Source of the DNA: Defluviitaleaceae bacterium
Lineage (GTDB): Bacteria > Bacillota > Clostridia > Lachnospirales > WRAX01
Assembly: GCA_009779935.1 (NCBI GenBank)
Contig: WRAX01000005.1
Span: 24,248 to 88,247 of the forward strand
DNA: 64,000 bases
Direction: 5' to 3'
Each line of letters opens with the position of its first letter. Position 1 is the stretch's first letter. Below, in pieces: positions 1 to 10,458 of the stretch. Below the pieces are notes generated by a model. That model was not told where the DNA came from. It ran no database searches and saw nothing but the letters and a program-made list of their open reading frames with translations. The position numbers and the translations under genes are program-made.

Positions 1-1
1 A

Positions 2-1075
2 GTGCTTGTGGAGGCGGAAAGCGGCCGCATTTTGTGGGGTAAGGATGAGCAAACCCCATTGGCAATGGCCAGCACCACAAAGATAATGACCGCCCTAATG
101 GTGCTGGAACACGGCGGCCTGGATGACATGGTAACAGTTAGCAAGCGTGCGGCGGCGGCCCCAAAAGTTAAAATGTTTTTGGAGGCAGGAGAGCAGATTA
201 AGCTGGAAGATTTGCTGTATGCCCTTATGTTACAGTCATCTAACGATGCGGCGGTGGCTATTGCGGAACATATCAGCGGCACGGTGGAGGATTTTTGCAG
301 CCAGATGACAGCCAAAGCCTATAAAATGGGTGCTGTGCACACTATTTTTGAAACTGCCAGCGGGCTTGATAAGGGCGAGCACCAATCCACAGCGGCGGAT
401 TTGGCTTTAATAACCCGATATGCGCTGGAAAACCCTGATTTTGTGAGCCTTATAGCCACACCTGCCCACACGGCAACCAGCAACCGCAAAACCTATGCCA
501 TAACCAACAAAAACCGCTTGCTAAACGAATACAGCGGCGCAATGGGCGTAAAAACGGGCTATACCAACAAGGCGGGGCATTGCTTTGTTGGTGCCGCCGA
601 AAGGGATGGTATGCAACTGATTTCTGTGGTGCTTGCCAGTGGCTGGGGCAACCGTGGCAAGGAGCAAAAATGGGTGGATACTAAAAGATTACTAAACTAC
701 GGCTTTGATAATTTTGAAATGGAAGAAATTGTGGCAGAAGGGGATGCGGCAGGTGTGATGGAAATAACCCGTACCCGCACACCTCAAATCCCCCTGTATT
801 ATGGGGGCTCTATCACCATACCTGTGCGTATTGACGGGGAGGATATAAGTTTAATACCCCATTTTCCCGTACAAATGCCGGCTCCCGTGGAAGCGGGCGT
901 GCAGGTGGGGGAAGGCAGGTTGCATATTAATGGGGAGTATTTTGCCACAATACCCATATACACAGCCCAATCCGCCAGCCGGCATGATTTTAAGACATCT
1001 TTGGAAAAGGTTTTGAAGGCATTTTTCCAATTGGGCACAAGCCAAGAAGTGGAAATTGTTTTGCCTGAGTTATGA
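2..1075 (+). CDS. serine-type D-Ala-D-Ala carboxypeptidase (PBP5/DacB-like), N-terminus outside window
   Basis: ORF open to window edge; SxxK (ASTTK), SxN (SSN) and KTG (VKTGYT) penicillin-binding motifs in the translation. Confidence 0.85.
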   Translation: MLVEAESGRILWGKDEQTPLAMASTTKIMTALMVLEHGGLDDMVTVSKRAAAAPKVKMFLEAGEQIKLEDLLYALMLQSSNDAAVAIAEHISGTVEDFCSQMTAKAYKMGAVHTIFETASGLDKGEHQSTAADLALITRYALENPDFVSLIATPAHTATSNRKTYAITNKNRLLNEYSGAMGVKTGYTNKAGHCFVGAAERDGMQLISVVLASGWGNRGKEQKWVDTKRLLNYGFDNFEMEEIVAEGDAAGVMEITRTRTPQIPLYYGGSITIPVRIDGEDISLIPHFPVQMPAPVEAGVQVGEGRLHINGEYFATIPIYTAQSASRHDFKTSLEKVLKAFFQLGTSQEVEIVLPEL

Positions 1076-1108
1076 TAATGGCAGTTTTGTGCCATTAATG
1101 TTTTGTGT

Positions 1109-1140
1109 GGGGCGGCACCTGCTGCCCCCTTTTTTATTTT
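1109..1140 (+). terminator. rho-independent terminator after the carboxypeptidase gene
   Basis: 8-bp stem GGGGCGGC/GCTGCCCC, 4-nt loop, then TTTTTTATTTT. Confidence 0.6.
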
Positions 1141-1154
1141 ATCTAAAAAAGTGC

Positions 1155-1195
1155 TTGACAAAAGAATTGTATTAATGTATTATGTACTTAGTACA
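1155..1195 (+). promoter_or_regulatory. sigma-A-type promoter plus palindromic candidate operator of the GntR operon
   Basis: TTGACA 1155-1160, 17-nt spacer, TATTAT 1178-1183; perfect palindrome TGTACT-T-AGTACA at 1183-1195. Confidence 0.5.
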
Positions 1196-1214
1196 ATAAG
1201 ACAGGGGGAGGGAC

Positions 1215-1613
1215 ATGGATAATAAAGGGCAATTTGACAGCTCTATACCCATATTTCAGCAAATTGTGGAGCGGATGCTAAATGACATTGCGGCAGGCAC
1301 ACTTGCGCCGGGGGATAAAGTGCCCGCCGTGCGCCAACTTGCGGCAGAATATAAGGTAAATCCCAACACCATGCAAAAATCACTGGAAAAATTGGGTGAT
1401 ATGGGCTTTTTATACACCGAGCGCACCAGCGGACGCTTTGTAACCAAAGATGCGGCAAAAATCGAAACCCTGCGGCGGGATATACCCGCAAGGATAACTG
1501 CAGCATATGTGGAAGAAATGGCTGCATCGGGCATTGTAGCGGATGAAATACCCGCCTATGTGGAATTTTTTTTGAAAGAGAGGAAAGGGAATGGAAAAAA
1601 TACTGGAAATTAA
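1215..1613 (+). CDS. GntR-family transcriptional regulator, short YtrA-like type
   Basis: 132 aa; winged-HTH segment PGDKVPAVRQLAAEYKVNPNTMQKSLEKL; followed by overlapping ABC ATPase and membrane genes as in ytrA-type operons. Confidence 0.8.
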   Translation: MDNKGQFDSSIPIFQQIVERMLNDIAAGTLAPGDKVPAVRQLAAEYKVNPNTMQKSLEKLGDMGFLYTERTSGRFVTKDAAKIETLRRDIPARITAAYVEEMAASGIVADEIPAYVEFFLKERKGNGKNTGN

Positions 1614-2295
1614 TAACCTAAACAAAAGCTATGGCAATTTTGTTGCTGTCAAAAACATGTCCTTTGATGTGGAAAAGGGCAAAATTGTGGGTCTGCTGGG
1701 CCCCAACGGCAGCGGCAAAACCACCATGATAAAAACCATTATGGGACTTATGAGTGATTACACAGGCAGTGTTACCATAGCAGGTAATCCACCCGGGTCT
1801 GCGGCAAACAAACACATTGCCTACTTGCCCGACCAGCCCCATGTGCCACGCTGGCTCACCGTAAACCAAGCTATCAACTTTTTTGCGGATTTTTATGAGG
1901 ATTTTGATGCAAAACGGGCGGCGGATATGCTGGATAAAATGCGCATACCACGTGACAAGAAGCTAAAAGCCCTTTCCCGTGGCATGCAGGAAAAGGTAAA
2001 TCTTTCCATGGTAATGTCCCGCCGTGCCAAGTTGTATATATTGGACGAACCCATCGGGGCAGTGGACCCCGCCAGCCGTGAATTTATAATAGATACAATT
2101 TTGAAGAATTTTAACGAAGAAGGTTCAATCCTCATTTCCACCCATATTATTGCTGATATAGAGCCGGTGCTTGATAGGGCATTGTTTATCCGTGAAGGGG
2201 AGCTGATTCTTAACGACGATGCTGACAAAATACGGGAGGAAAAGGGACAATCCCTTGACCAACTGTTTAGGGAGGTTTTTAAGAATGTTTATTAA
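1591..2295 (+). CDS. ABC transporter ATP-binding protein
   Basis: Walker A GPNGSGKTT, signature LSRGMQEKV, Walker B LYILDEP; overlaps the GntR gene end. Confidence 0.9.
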   Translation: MEKILEINNLNKSYGNFVAVKNMSFDVEKGKIVGLLGPNGSGKTTMIKTIMGLMSDYTGSVTIAGNPPGSAANKHIAYLPDQPHVPRWLTVNQAINFFADFYEDFDAKRAADMLDKMRIPRDKKLKALSRGMQEKVNLSMVMSRRAKLYILDEPIGAVDPASREFIIDTILKNFNEEGSILISTHIIADIEPVLDRALFIREGELILNDDADKIREEKGQSLDQLFREVFKNVY

Positions 2296-3097
2296 GCAGT
2301 TAAAATATGATTTTATGTTTAGTGCAAAAACATTTTTTGCCATGTTTGCGGGCATACTTGCCCTTACATTTTTTGTTAGCATAGCGGACTTTTTGCCCAA
2401 TGATATGTTGGAAATAATGCGCATTTTAATTGTTGGGGTAGGCGGTGCGGCGGTTGCCATTGCCAGCTACCTGCAAATACTAATATTTTACCAACGTAGC
2501 TTTTTTGGGCCCGAGGGCTATTTAATGCTTACCCTGCCTGTAAGCCGTGGTAAGTTGCTGGCTTCTAAATTTATAACCACATTTGTTTGGTTTTTGTTTA
2601 TGCTTATACTTATCCCAATAATGGTTTTTATTATCGAACCGCCAACGGTGCAAACTGTTTGGGAAGTTATTAGGGAAATAGTTACGGGGCAATTTGTTGC
2701 AGGGCTTATCACCAATATGTTGCTGCCTGCCTTTGTGCTTATTGCCCTTCTGTTTTTTACCATAACCCTTGCCAACAGCGTTGTTTTTGGCAAAAAGGTG
2801 CATGGTGTTGTTGCCGGCATTGTTTCTGCCGCTTTGCATTTCTTTTACATTTTTGGGCTTGCCCGCTTATCCCAAAGGTCTTTTGCAACAGAGCGCATTT
2901 ATGGTAGCCATGATGGCTTTGAATGGTCTTTTTACGCAGATGTGCCACTGGTTGGAATAGAATACGGCAGGATAGCCATTGGGGAAGGCATAAGGGAATT
3001 TGTTGATATCTTCTCCATCGCTTACACTGTGGGCGTTGCAATTTTGGTAATTGCCACCACTATGCACCTACTTAAAAAGCGCATTGCCTTGCGCTAA
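2285..3097 (+). CDS. ABC-2-type multi-pass membrane protein (putative permease partner)
   Basis: ATG at 2285 (MFIKQLKYDF) overlaps ATPase stop; about 6 hydrophobic segments; the track ORF from 2219 is an upstream extension. Confidence 0.65.
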   Translation: MFIKQLKYDFMFSAKTFFAMFAGILALTFFVSIADFLPNDMLEIMRILIVGVGGAAVAIASYLQILIFYQRSFFGPEGYLMLTLPVSRGKLLASKFITTFVWFLFMLILIPIMVFIIEPPTVQTVWEVIREIVTGQFVAGLITNMLLPAFVLIALLFFTITLANSVVFGKKVHGVVAGIVSAALHFFYIFGLARLSQRSFATERIYGSHDGFEWSFYADVPLVGIEYGRIAIGEGIREFVDIFSIAYTVGVAILVIATTMHLLKKRIALR

Positions 3098-3110
3098 TAC
3101 ATCTAATATC

Positions 3111-3142
3111 CTTTTCCATGATTGAGAATGGAATTGGCATAA
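3111..3142. repeat. 32-nt repeat, copy 1 (second copy at 55862-55893)
   Basis: CTTTTCCATGATTGAGAATGGAATTGGCATAA; 31/32 identical to 55862-55893, same orientation; contains TTCCAT..ATGGAA hairpin. Confidence 0.8.
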
Positions 3143-3249
3143 CAGCATCCCCCCCAAGCTTACAGTTGCGCTTGGGGGGAATTGCCATTAAAGTTTGCCT
3201 TGACAAGTGCCGATATAATATTGTAAACTATATTAACGTGTAACAGCCC

Positions 3250-3972
3250 ATGGAAGGGGGCAGGCTTGTGATAACCAGCTTGTTTTATTATGGACATTAT
3301 CGGGATTTTTTGTCACGCAGCGGCGGCGGCAATAAAAATGTAAACCCTAACGGAAGCATCTACAACCGCCAACATATCCAGCAGGCGCATAAGGTGGCAG
3401 AATCATCCATACTTCTCAATAAAAACGACAATATGCGCACCAAACAATTCATTGCAAACCTTACCGTAAACGTGGTGCAGTTAAAAGATGCTACAAAGCG
3501 GCTTTCTTTTGATGCGGGCAATTTGGGCAACTTGCGCTCGGCTGTTAGTTATGAAAAGCATTTGCAGTGGATGGATGCAGATTTGCAACGGTTTGCCGCC
3601 ACATATAATAATATAGGAATCCTATCCCAAGATATGGGGCATTCGGGTGCTTTGGGCAATTTACAGCACAGCATACGCAATATTGCCCAAGATAATAAGG
3701 TACTGCTATCCCATGTTGGTATTGTGGAAATGGGCGGGCAAGGCTTAACATACCACGGCATCGGCAATGCCAACACCCGGGAAATTGCCCGTGCAGCAAG
3801 CGAGGCCTTAAAGGCCGGCTATGAAGCTGCAAGGGATTTTTTGATACATCCCATGGCAACCCATCTGGAATTTAGGGATTTGGGCTATTATTACAATTAT
3901 ACCATAGGTGCTATGCCGCAGGATACAGTAAGATTGATAGAATCGGGCATTTTAATTGATAGGGTGATATAA
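3250..3972 (+). CDS. hypothetical protein
   Basis: 240-codon ORF, end overlaps the start of the next gene (ATAATG); RBS-like GGAAGGGGG precedes an alternative GTG at 3268; no motif recognised. Confidence 0.5.
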   Translation: MEGGRLVITSLFYYGHYRDFLSRSGGGNKNVNPNGSIYNRQHIQQAHKVAESSILLNKNDNMRTKQFIANLTVNVVQLKDATKRLSFDAGNLGNLRSAVSYEKHLQWMDADLQRFAATYNNIGILSQDMGHSGALGNLQHSIRNIAQDNKVLLSHVGIVEMGGQGLTYHGIGNANTREIARAASEALKAGYEAARDFLIHPMATHLEFRDLGYYYNYTIGAMPQDTVRLIESGILIDRVI

Positions 3973-5588
3973 TGGAAAGATATGAAAACTGGTTAAACCA
4001 CCCAACTTTAGACGATGAAACCCATGCAGAACTGATGACGATTAAAGGCAACCCCACGGAAATTGCAGAACGCTTTCACAAAGACTTGGAATTTGGCACA
4101 GGCGGCCTGCGGGGCATTATGGGAGCCGGCACCAACCGCATAAACCCATATACCGTCCGCCGAGCCAGCCAAGGCCTGGCGGATTATATTTTGGACAAGA
4201 CAACAGACGGAGCAAAACGTGGCGTTGTTGTATCCTACGACAGCCGAAGATATTCCCGTAGATTTGCGGAAGAAACAGCCAATATCATGGCAAAAAACGG
4301 CATAAAAGCCTATCTGTTTGCGGATATGCGCCCAACCCCCCAGCTTAGCTTTGCCATACGCCACTTGGGCTGTGTTGCGGGGGTGATGATAACCGCCAGC
4401 CACAACCCGCCCGAATATAATGGATACAAAGCATATTGGGAAGACGGGGGGCAATTGGTATATCCGCAGGATGAAGAAGTTATAGCATATGTAAACCGCA
4501 CACCCCCACTCATCCCTGCCCCGCTAAAGGGCGAGATAATAATGCTGGGCAAAGAACTGGACGCAGCCTATTTATCCGTAGGGTTGGGGCTTGCCACCAA
4601 CCCTGCCACTAAATCCAATCTGTCTATCATCTACACTCCCCTGCACGGCGTGGGCAATACCATAATGCTGCAAGCATTAAGCAATGCAGGCTTTGATGAT
4701 GTAATAACCGTGCCGGAGCAGGCAAGCCCCGACCCAAACTTTACCACCATAAAATACCCCAACCCCGAAGACCCTGCCGCCTTCGCCCTTGCGGTGCAAC
4801 TTGCCCGCACAAAAGACGCAGACATAATAATTGCCACCGACCCGGATGCGGACCGTTTAGGCGTTATGGCAAAAAATGATAAATGTGAATTTGAGCTGTT
4901 AAGCGGAAACGCCGTGGGAGTGTTATTGACGGAGTTTATCTTGTCCGGCGGTGATATTCCGCCTAATGCGGGCATTATATCCACTGTGGTTTCCACCCGC
5001 CTAACATCGGAAATTGCAAAAGCCCACAATGCCCATTATGCGGACACCTTAACGGGCTTTAAGCACATTGCCGCCCAAATACGCAAATGGGAGCAAGAAG
5101 GCGGCATAAATTACATTTTTGGTTTTGAAGAAAGTTTTGGCTACATGGCGGGAGATTTTGTGCGGGATAAGGACGGTATTTCTGCCGCTGTGTTAATTTG
5201 CCGCTTGGCGGCCACTTGCAAGGCAAAAGGCAAAACCCTTTTTGATGCGCTGGATGATATCTACAAAAAATACGGCTATTTTGCGGAACTTGGGCATTCC
5301 ATCACCCTAGGGGGGCTGGAAGGGCGTGCCAAAATACAGCAAATGATGGACGATTTGCAGGACAACCCGCCAAAAACCTTGGCAGGTGTGGATATTACCG
5401 AAAAGCGCACCCCGGCAGCCGATGTGCTGTACTTTACCTTAGCGGATGGCAGTTGGTTCTGTGTGCGTCCATCAGGCACCGAGCCTAAGATTAAATTTTA
5501 CATGGGTGTGCGGGCAAATAGCAAAGATGAAGCGGACAGCCGCCTAAAAACCCTATCACAAGCCCTTTTTGAGCATATTGGAGTGTAG
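3972..5588 (+). CDS. phosphoglucomutase/phosphomannomutase (alpha-D-phosphohexomutase family)
   Basis: 538 aa; active-site loop TASHNPPEYNGYK; metal loop ATDPDADR; C-terminal RPSGTEPKIKFY. Confidence 0.9.
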   Translation: MERYENWLNHPTLDDETHAELMTIKGNPTEIAERFHKDLEFGTGGLRGIMGAGTNRINPYTVRRASQGLADYILDKTTDGAKRGVVVSYDSRRYSRRFAEETANIMAKNGIKAYLFADMRPTPQLSFAIRHLGCVAGVMITASHNPPEYNGYKAYWEDGGQLVYPQDEEVIAYVNRTPPLIPAPLKGEIIMLGKELDAAYLSVGLGLATNPATKSNLSIIYTPLHGVGNTIMLQALSNAGFDDVITVPEQASPDPNFTTIKYPNPEDPAAFALAVQLARTKDADIIIATDPDADRLGVMAKNDKCEFELLSGNAVGVLLTEFILSGGDIPPNAGIISTVVSTRLTSEIAKAHNAHYADTLTGFKHIAAQIRKWEQEGGINYIFGFEESFGYMAGDFVRDKDGISAAVLICRLAATCKAKGKTLFDALDDIYKKYGYFAELGHSITLGGLEGRAKIQQMMDDLQDNPPKTLAGVDITEKRTPAADVLYFTLADGSWFCVRPSGTEPKIKFYMGVRANSKDEADSRLKTLSQALFEHIGV

Positions 5589-5594
5589 ATAATT

Positions 5595-6836
5595 ATGACA
5601 TACGAGCAAGCACAGGAATACTTAATAAACAGCTATGGCGCAGGGCGCAAAAAGGGGATGGATGCAGTGGCACAAGCCCTGGCCGCCCTGGGCGACCCAC
5701 AGGATAAGTTAAAAATTATCCATGTGGCAGGCACCAATGGCAAGGGCAGTTTTTGCGCCATGATGGCATCCATTTTGCGGGAGGCGGGCTATAATGTGGG
5801 CATGTTTACATCCCCGCATATAGAGGTGATGGAGGAGCGTTTTGACATAAATGGCCAGCTCATTTCCCATGATGACTTTGTGGATGTTTTGGAGAAGGTT
5901 GCTAAAATAAGCCAAGATATGTTTGAGGATGGGGACTGCTTCTCCTTCTTTGAATTGCTTACGATTATGGCATTTGTCTACTTCCAAAAGCAGGGGGTGG
6001 ATTTTTTGCTGTTGGAAGTGGGCATTGGCGGGCGGTTGGATGCCACAAATGTGATAAGCAAGCCGTTTTTAACCGCAATAATGCGCATTGGTTTTGACCA
6101 TATGGAAATACTTGGAAACACCCTAACCCAAATTGCCGCAGAAAAAGGCGGAATTATAAAAGAAAATGTCCCATTAGCCTTGTATGATGACGTGGATATG
6201 GTGTATAATGTTTTTAAGAAGATGGCGGGGGATAAAAATGTTAAAATTTACCACGCCAAAAATATGGGTTTGGGCAATTTGGAAGTAAGCTTGCTGGGCG
6301 AGCATCAACGGGAAAATGCCCGTGTGGTACTTTCGGCATGCGCCGCTTTAATGGATTTGGGTGTTAATTTGCGCCCGGAACATATTAGGTATGGTCTCAA
6401 AAATGCCCGGCACCCTGCCCGCATGGAAATTATGGGCGAAAACCCCACCCTAATTTTGGAAGGGGCACATAATTTGCAAGGGGCTTTGGCTTGCGCCTGC
6501 AATATGCGCCAAATGTTTGCAGGGCAAGAAATTACCGTGCTAATCGGCATCCTGAAAGATAAGGAGATTGGCGAGATTGTAACCGCTTTGACAGGTTTTG
6601 CCAGCCGTGTAGTATTTACCCGCCCCATGTATGAATTTAAGGCCGCCACCCCGCAAGAATTACAATTGTCTGTTAATTTGGACGATGACCATATGGAGCA
6701 GTATGTGGAGGAAGATTGTATAAAAGCCCTGCATTTGGCACAAAAAATAACACCCGCAGATGGGGTTATCCTCTGCACGGGTTCACTATACTTAATGGGC
6801 GATATTAGAAAATATTTGCGACTGCGAGGTAAATAA
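5595..6836 (+). CDS. folC: folylpolyglutamate synthase / dihydrofolate synthase
   Basis: 413 aa; Mur-ligase P-loop HVAGTNGKGS; GIGGRLDATNV motif. Confidence 0.9.
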   Translation: MTYEQAQEYLINSYGAGRKKGMDAVAQALAALGDPQDKLKIIHVAGTNGKGSFCAMMASILREAGYNVGMFTSPHIEVMEERFDINGQLISHDDFVDVLEKVAKISQDMFEDGDCFSFFELLTIMAFVYFQKQGVDFLLLEVGIGGRLDATNVISKPFLTAIMRIGFDHMEILGNTLTQIAAEKGGIIKENVPLALYDDVDMVYNVFKKMAGDKNVKIYHAKNMGLGNLEVSLLGEHQRENARVVLSACAALMDLGVNLRPEHIRYGLKNARHPARMEIMGENPTLILEGAHNLQGALACACNMRQMFAGQEITVLIGILKDKEIGEIVTALTGFASRVVFTRPMYEFKAATPQELQLSVNLDDDHMEQYVEEDCIKALHLAQKITPADGVILCTGSLYLMGDIRKYLRLRGK

Positions 6837-6837
6837 A

Positions 6838-6981
6838 ATGATTGATTTTCAAAAAGAATTAAAAAAATACCAACCCCTACCGGAAGCTGATGGGGCGGAG
6901 GAAGCCGACAACCAAGGTGATGCCAAAGATATGATGGAGCTTTTACAATACCTTTTTGCCAGCCAAAAAGGTAAGGAGTGA
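6838..6981 (+). CDS. small acidic hypothetical protein (47 aa)
   Basis: ATG 2 nt after folC stop; MIDFQKELKKYQPLPEADGAEEADNQGDAKDMMELLQYLFASQKGKE; stop overlaps next gene start; below the track length cutoff. Confidence 0.3.
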   Translation: MIDFQKELKKYQPLPEADGAEEADNQGDAKDMMELLQYLFASQKGKE

Positions 6982-8339
6982 TGCCCATGGATGCTTATTT
7001 ACAAAAAATGGCACAGGATATTTCCAACCGCCAGTATAATGCAGGACTTAAAAAGGCGCAGGTGGGGGATTTAAGCGGGGCGGTTGCCATGCTGCAACTT
7101 AGCCTGCAAACCAATAAAAAAAATACCTATGCCCGCAATTTGCTGGGGCTTTGCCATTATGCCACCGGGCGCATTGGTTTTGCCATGGGGGAATGGGAAA
7201 CCAGTTGCCGCCATCAGCCCGAGGGTAATTTGGCAAAAACTTACCTGGAAAATGTTAGGGGCGACTTTCAAAATTTAGAGAAATATGGCGAGGCAACTAA
7301 GGGTTACAACGAAGCCCTAGCGTTTTTTAGCGATGGCGATGAGGATTTGGCAGTTATCCGCTTAAAGCGGGCTGTGGAGATTTTACCCCGTTTTGTGGAT
7401 GCCATGAACTTGCTTGCACTTTATTATCTGAAAGAACAGGACAAAACCAAAGCCGCCGCCATGGCGGAGCGGGTGCTGGAAGTGGATAAGGGCAACGAAA
7501 CTGCAAAACAGTATTATTTTGCCATTTTTCAAAAGCATTACGGGGAAAAGCCTGCAAGAAGCCAGAAATTAGAGAGCAGGAGCCAAATGAAGGCAGAAAA
7601 GCCCGAGGCGGCACCTGCAAAGCGCAACCCATTGGCGGTACGCAACCAAAAAGTTTTTACCAAAGCATCACCTGTGTCCGGGATTGTTTCTGCTATTATT
7701 GGCATGGTGGCAATGTTTTTGTTTATGCAGACGTTGATTTTACCGGGAATGCTTGCAGAGCGGGATGATGAAATTGCCGCACTGCACACCCAAATAACCC
7801 AGCAACAGCATGACCATGAGCAAACCGCCGCAACACATGCCGACATTTTGCTTGAAACACAGACACAGATAAGCGGCCTTGACAGGGAAATTTTGGACTA
7901 CCAAGACGAGGTGGAAAGGCTACAAAACCAGGTTGCTGTGGGCAATGCCCTGCATCTTTTGCGTGGGGGGCAACCCGCTACCGCTTTGGCACAATTGGAG
8001 AATGTGGACAACACACAGCTGGATGAAGTTACCTTGGCGTTTTACGAAGAAATACGCCAAACAGCCCCGCCCTTGGCGGAACAGGCCTACCACAGCCAAG
8101 CCGTTGCGTTTTTTAACGCCGGCAACCGTGTAGATGCCCGTGTGGCTTGGGAAAATGCAGCCGGTCACAGCCTGCCCGGCAGCAATATCGGTGGAGATAT
8201 TTTGTATTGGCTTGGCCGCATTGCGGAGTTGGATGGCAACCCCGCCTTGGCATTGCAATACTATGAAACCGCACTTGACAGCTTCCCAACCTTCAGCCGC
8301 CGCTGGAATGCCCAAAGCCGCCGTAATGCTTTGTCATAA
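6981..8339 (+). CDS. TPR-repeat protein with one central transmembrane helix
   Basis: TPR-like repeats at both ends (e.g. ARNLLGLCHYATGR, LYWLGRIAELDGNPALALQYYETAL); hydrophobic segment IVSAIIGMVAMFLFMQTLILPGM; RBS AAGGAG 6973-6978. Confidence 0.7.
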   Translation: MPMDAYLQKMAQDISNRQYNAGLKKAQVGDLSGAVAMLQLSLQTNKKNTYARNLLGLCHYATGRIGFAMGEWETSCRHQPEGNLAKTYLENVRGDFQNLEKYGEATKGYNEALAFFSDGDEDLAVIRLKRAVEILPRFVDAMNLLALYYLKEQDKTKAAAMAERVLEVDKGNETAKQYYFAIFQKHYGEKPARSQKLESRSQMKAEKPEAAPAKRNPLAVRNQKVFTKASPVSGIVSAIIGMVAMFLFMQTLILPGMLAERDDEIAALHTQITQQQHDHEQTAATHADILLETQTQISGLDREILDYQDEVERLQNQVAVGNALHLLRGGQPATALAQLENVDNTQLDEVTLAFYEEIRQTAPPLAEQAYHSQAVAFFNAGNRVDARVAWENAAGHSLPGSNIGGDILYWLGRIAELDGNPALALQYYETALDSFPTFSRRWNAQSRRNALS

Positions 8340-8446
8340 ATATTGCGCAGACTGACTGGTGAATGAAAAAGTTTTCAAAATTTGCAGACAAATAATAATA
8401 GATGGCGTATATATAAGCAACACAACAAAATTTTGGAGGTAAAATT

Positions 8447-8794
8447 ATGAACAAGTCAATTTTTGGGCTGGATGAGAGATGGGCGGCGTTTTTGGCATAT
8501 TTCTTCACATTTATCGGTGGCATTGTGGTGCTGGTTTTGGAGAAGGAAAACAGATTTGTGCGCTTTGCCGCATTGCAGTCAACAGTATTTTTTCTGGTAA
8601 TTTTGGTGGTTAGCTTGGGATTGAGCTTATTATCCAATATTTGGTTTATCGGTTGGATTTTTGGCATTGTGCGGTGGGCTGTGGGCGTTGCAGGTTTTGC
8701 TGCTTGGCTATATCTTCTCATCACCGCTGCCAGCAACCGCGCAGTAAAAATCCCCATCATCGGGGATATCTGCTGGGAGCAGGTGCATAAGTAA
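8447..8794 (+). CDS. small integral membrane protein (resembles DUF4870 family from memory)
   Basis: 115 aa, 3 hydrophobic helices; N-terminal WAAFLAYFFTFIGGIVVLVLEKENRFVRFAALQS pattern. Confidence 0.6.
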   Translation: MNKSIFGLDERWAAFLAYFFTFIGGIVVLVLEKENRFVRFAALQSTVFFLVILVVSLGLSLLSNIWFIGWIFGIVRWAVGVAGFAAWLYLLITAASNRAVKIPIIGDICWEQVHK

Positions 8795-8863
8795 AAACCA
8801 AAATTAAAAAAACACCATTGCATTAAATGTAATGGTGTTTTTTAACGGGTTTGGAATATATCA

Positions 8864-10393
8864 CTACCAAATCGTACCAAGTAATGACATGGTAAGCATT
8901 AGGGTTGATATTTGCCGCTCCACTTGGTCAATTAAATCCTGGTCCCACTGGCTTATGTTTATAAAGTTGGCTTGCGGCACAGTGGCACCTGCTTCTGCAC
9001 CAATTTGGATGGTTATGGTTATGTCGTCAATCACAATATCCTCAAATTGCAGGTTCATGCTGTCATCTTCCAAGAAGAATAAACCGCTAAAACTGCCGCT
9101 ATCCCGCTCATCTGCAAAGCCAAGGGTAAATGCACCTGTTTCAGGTGTCCATACAGATGAGAGGGTGCCCATATGCGGTGTGTCATTCCACCAGCCGTCT
9201 GTGGTTATTGTGATGGTATTTTCATAAGTTATGCCGGTATTTTCCAATGCCCATTCAATCAAGATGGTTTCTTCACGGGTTTCACCACGCCAAGTAGTTA
9301 CGCTGGATGTTTCCAAAGTCCAAGTATCCAGCGCATGTGCGCCTGTATCCAATGTCATGGAAAAAATGTCATAAGCACCGGCGGCATTAAGATGCCAGCG
9401 CACAAGGCGGTTGCCATTGCCGATGTAGAAGTGCATGGTGATAAGAATATCATATTCCGCTTCAACAATATCATCAATTACCCATTGCACTTCTTCCAAC
9501 AATACCTCAAAGGAGCTTTGCCGTACAATGGGTTCTCCAGACCATTCATACCACCATTGGTCCCATTCGGCCATTTGTTGGGCGGTTCGGGCATCTGCTG
9601 TGTCCAAGATAAAGCGCAACTGCTCGTCGGCGGCAATTACGTTATAAAGGCGGGTTAAAAGGCTTATAAGGTCGTCATTGGTTATTTCAAGCGTAATGCG
9701 CTCCGCATCAACGCCGTTTATGTTGGTGGAAAGCCTTTCCTGCTCAATTTCGTTGATAAAGTCATTAATCAGCATTATGTAAGGCTGAAAATTGTGCTCC
9801 TCTTCCGCACCTACGCTGTTAAGCATAGCCATTTGCCCTGCCAATGTATCCAGCAAGCCGGCGATATCATCCAAATCTCCTTGGGTCCAATCCATAAGAC
9901 CTGCGAAGTTTTGGGCATCCTCTCTAAAACTGTCAAAAAACACGCCAAAATTGCCTTCGCCTAAAAATGCGTCAGAACCTATTGCAAGGCTGTTTTCGTC
10001 GGCAAATGCACGCAAATCAAAATTCATACCAAAAAAACCTGCATCCAAAAACATGGCGGACTGGGCATTTTCCGCATTGCTGTACAAGCGGGCACTTACA
10101 TCGGCGTTGATGCCGAAAAAGCCGGCTTGGCGCACGCCCACATCAGCAGTAATAACCCCGTCTTGCAGGGCTTCTGCCGCCCTAACAGCGGATATTAGGG
10201 GTGTGGTTTCCAGCCTTTGCATAAACTCATCCCCAAAATTCTCGAAGGAGCTGTTTATGGTTAGGGCCGTGCCAAACAAATGGCTGAAAGCAGCATATAA
10301 ACCGATAGAGCCCACAGCAAGCACAAAAACCAGCACGCCTGCGGCAATTGCAGTTTTGCCCTGCCAAAATCTTTTTTTGTTGGTATTTTCCAT
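8864..10393 (-). CDS. membrane-anchored acidic hypothetical protein
   Basis: 509 aa; N-terminal anchor TAIAAGVLVFVLAVGSIGLYAAF; RBS GGAGG upstream; longest ORF of the region. Confidence 0.6.
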   Translation of the reverse strand: MENTNKKRFWQGKTAIAAGVLVFVLAVGSIGLYAAFSHLFGTALTINSSFENFGDEFMQRLETTPLISAVRAAEALQDGVITADVGVRQAGFFGINADVSARLYSNAENAQSAMFLDAGFFGMNFDLRAFADENSLAIGSDAFLGEGNFGVFFDSFREDAQNFAGLMDWTQGDLDDIAGLLDTLAGQMAMLNSVGAEEEHNFQPYIMLINDFINEIEQERLSTNINGVDAERITLEITNDDLISLLTRLYNVIAADEQLRFILDTADARTAQQMAEWDQWWYEWSGEPIVRQSSFEVLLEEVQWVIDDIVEAEYDILITMHFYIGNGNRLVRWHLNAAGAYDIFSMTLDTGAHALDTWTLETSSVTTWRGETREETILIEWALENTGITYENTITITTDGWWNDTPHMGTLSSVWTPETGAFTLGFADERDSGSFSGLFFLEDDSMNLQFEDIVIDDITITIQIGAEAGATVPQANFINISQWDQDLIDQVERQISTLMLTMSLLGTIW

Positions 10394-10458
10394 TGTAAAA
10401 CCTCCTATGCCTAATTACTTAACAGACCAATTATAGCACAGATTAGGCATGCCGTCAA

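Noticed and set aside
3200-3219. TTGACA and TATAAT hexamers upstream of the 3250 ORF, as a promoter
   Set aside because: The two hexamers are only 8 nt apart, which is incompatible with a sigma-A promoter.
6305-6988. 227-aa ORF on the minus strand
   Set aside because: It is entirely antisense to the well-supported folC gene, has no RBS, and has a low-complexity Arg/Ser/Pro-rich translation typical of shadow ORFs.
9792-10436. 214-aa plus-strand ORF
   Set aside because: It is antisense to the 509-aa minus-strand ORF, which has an RBS, an N-terminal membrane anchor and a more protein-like composition. The plus-strand product is Ser/Pro/Ala/Lys-rich and low in complexity.
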